Shown in pieces: positions 63,968 to 64,000 of a stretch of 64,000 nucleotides of DNA. Below the pieces are notes generated by a model. That model did no database searches and had not been told where the DNA came from. It saw only the letters and a list, made by a program, of their open reading frames with translations. The stretch covers positions 66-64,065 of the forward strand of contig CAZWKE010000015.1 of the NCBI GenBank assembly GCA_964634205.1, in the 5' to 3' direction. The first letter of the stretch is position 1, and each line of letters opens with the position of its first letter. The position numbers and the translations under genes were made by a program. The DNA is from an uncultured Spirochaetaceae bacterium (GTDB taxonomy: Bacteria; Spirochaetota; Spirochaetia; SZUA-6; RPPD01).

Positions 63968-64000
63968 AAAAAAAAGACCCCAGGCCCAGCGCCGGGGGTT

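Noticed and set aside
1-64000. CRISPR arrays, rRNA genes, transposases or integrases
   Set aside because: I searched for regularly spaced direct repeats and for DDE/tyrosine-recombinase motifs and found none. The only repeat-like element is the 49182-49419 inverted repeat reported above.

Overview
This window is a gene-dense (~90% coding) chromosomal segment of roughly 55-60% GC from a diderm bacterium. TolC, an outer-membrane beta-barrel protein and many lipoproteins are present; I cannot assign a taxon. I call about 60 protein genes and two tRNAs (Thr-CGU and Gly-CCC). I found no rRNA, CRISPR array or obvious IS/transposase.

Main blocks, left to right:
- **1-6.5 kb:** a MarR-regulated tripartite ABC efflux operon (marR, tolC, two half-ABC permease/ATPase genes, hlyD adaptor).
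- **6.7-14 kb:** OsmC/Ohr, a YgjP-like metallopeptidase, a FecR-domain lipoprotein, metE, an M50 (site-2 protease-like) peptidase fused to TPR repeats, and a membrane sensor histidine kinase.
- **15.4-18.6 kb:** a consensus sigma-70 promoter driving a STAS+zinc-ribbon protein, a YbjN-like protein and PspA, followed by an OmpR-type regulator with only half a receiver domain, then pcm and rmuC.
- **21.7-25.5 kb:** an MGMT/Atl-like protein, endonuclease IV carrying a low-complexity insertion, and a radical-SAM protein.
- **25.7-36.4 kb:** a seven-gene secreted cluster centred on a 1520-aa thioester-containing alpha-2-macroglobulin. It is flanked by DUF1175-like and DUF2135-like accessory proteins, a PBP/beta-lactamase-fold transpeptidase-like protein and a SpoIID/LytB protein.
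- **36.5-39.7 kb:** msrB, asnS, and directly beside asnS a 411-aa class II aaRS catalytic-domain paralogue.
- **41-43.8 kb:** a ribbon-helix-helix regulator with a Cys/His tail in front of znuABC.
- **43.9-45 kb:** a C39-like peptidase, a PDZ-domain gene remnant and an 8-Cys small ORF.
- **45.9-51.4 kb:** an HD-GYP protein (the first of two paralogues in the window), a TGS-uridine kinase, PilZ, a YkgJ Cys-cluster protein, and a 238-nt element bounded by a perfect 25-bp long-range helix.
- **51.4-56.2 kb:** a GH31 glycosidase co-transcribed with an MFS/GPH symporter that has a ~300-aa two-component-regulator-propeller (Reg_prop) beta-propeller inserted in a periplasmic loop.
- **56.8-59.8 kb:** two cNMP-binding proteins (Crp/Fnr and a cNMP-TPR protein) and an amidohydrolase.
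- **60.1-61.3 kb:** the second HD-GYP paralogue.
- **61.4-63.9 kb:** def-fmt followed by a PASTA-domain protein.

The most unusual items are the propeller-in-transporter fusion, the A2M/peptidoglycan-enzyme cluster, the asnS-adjacent aaRS paralogue, and the long-range-helix element at 49.2-49.4 kb.
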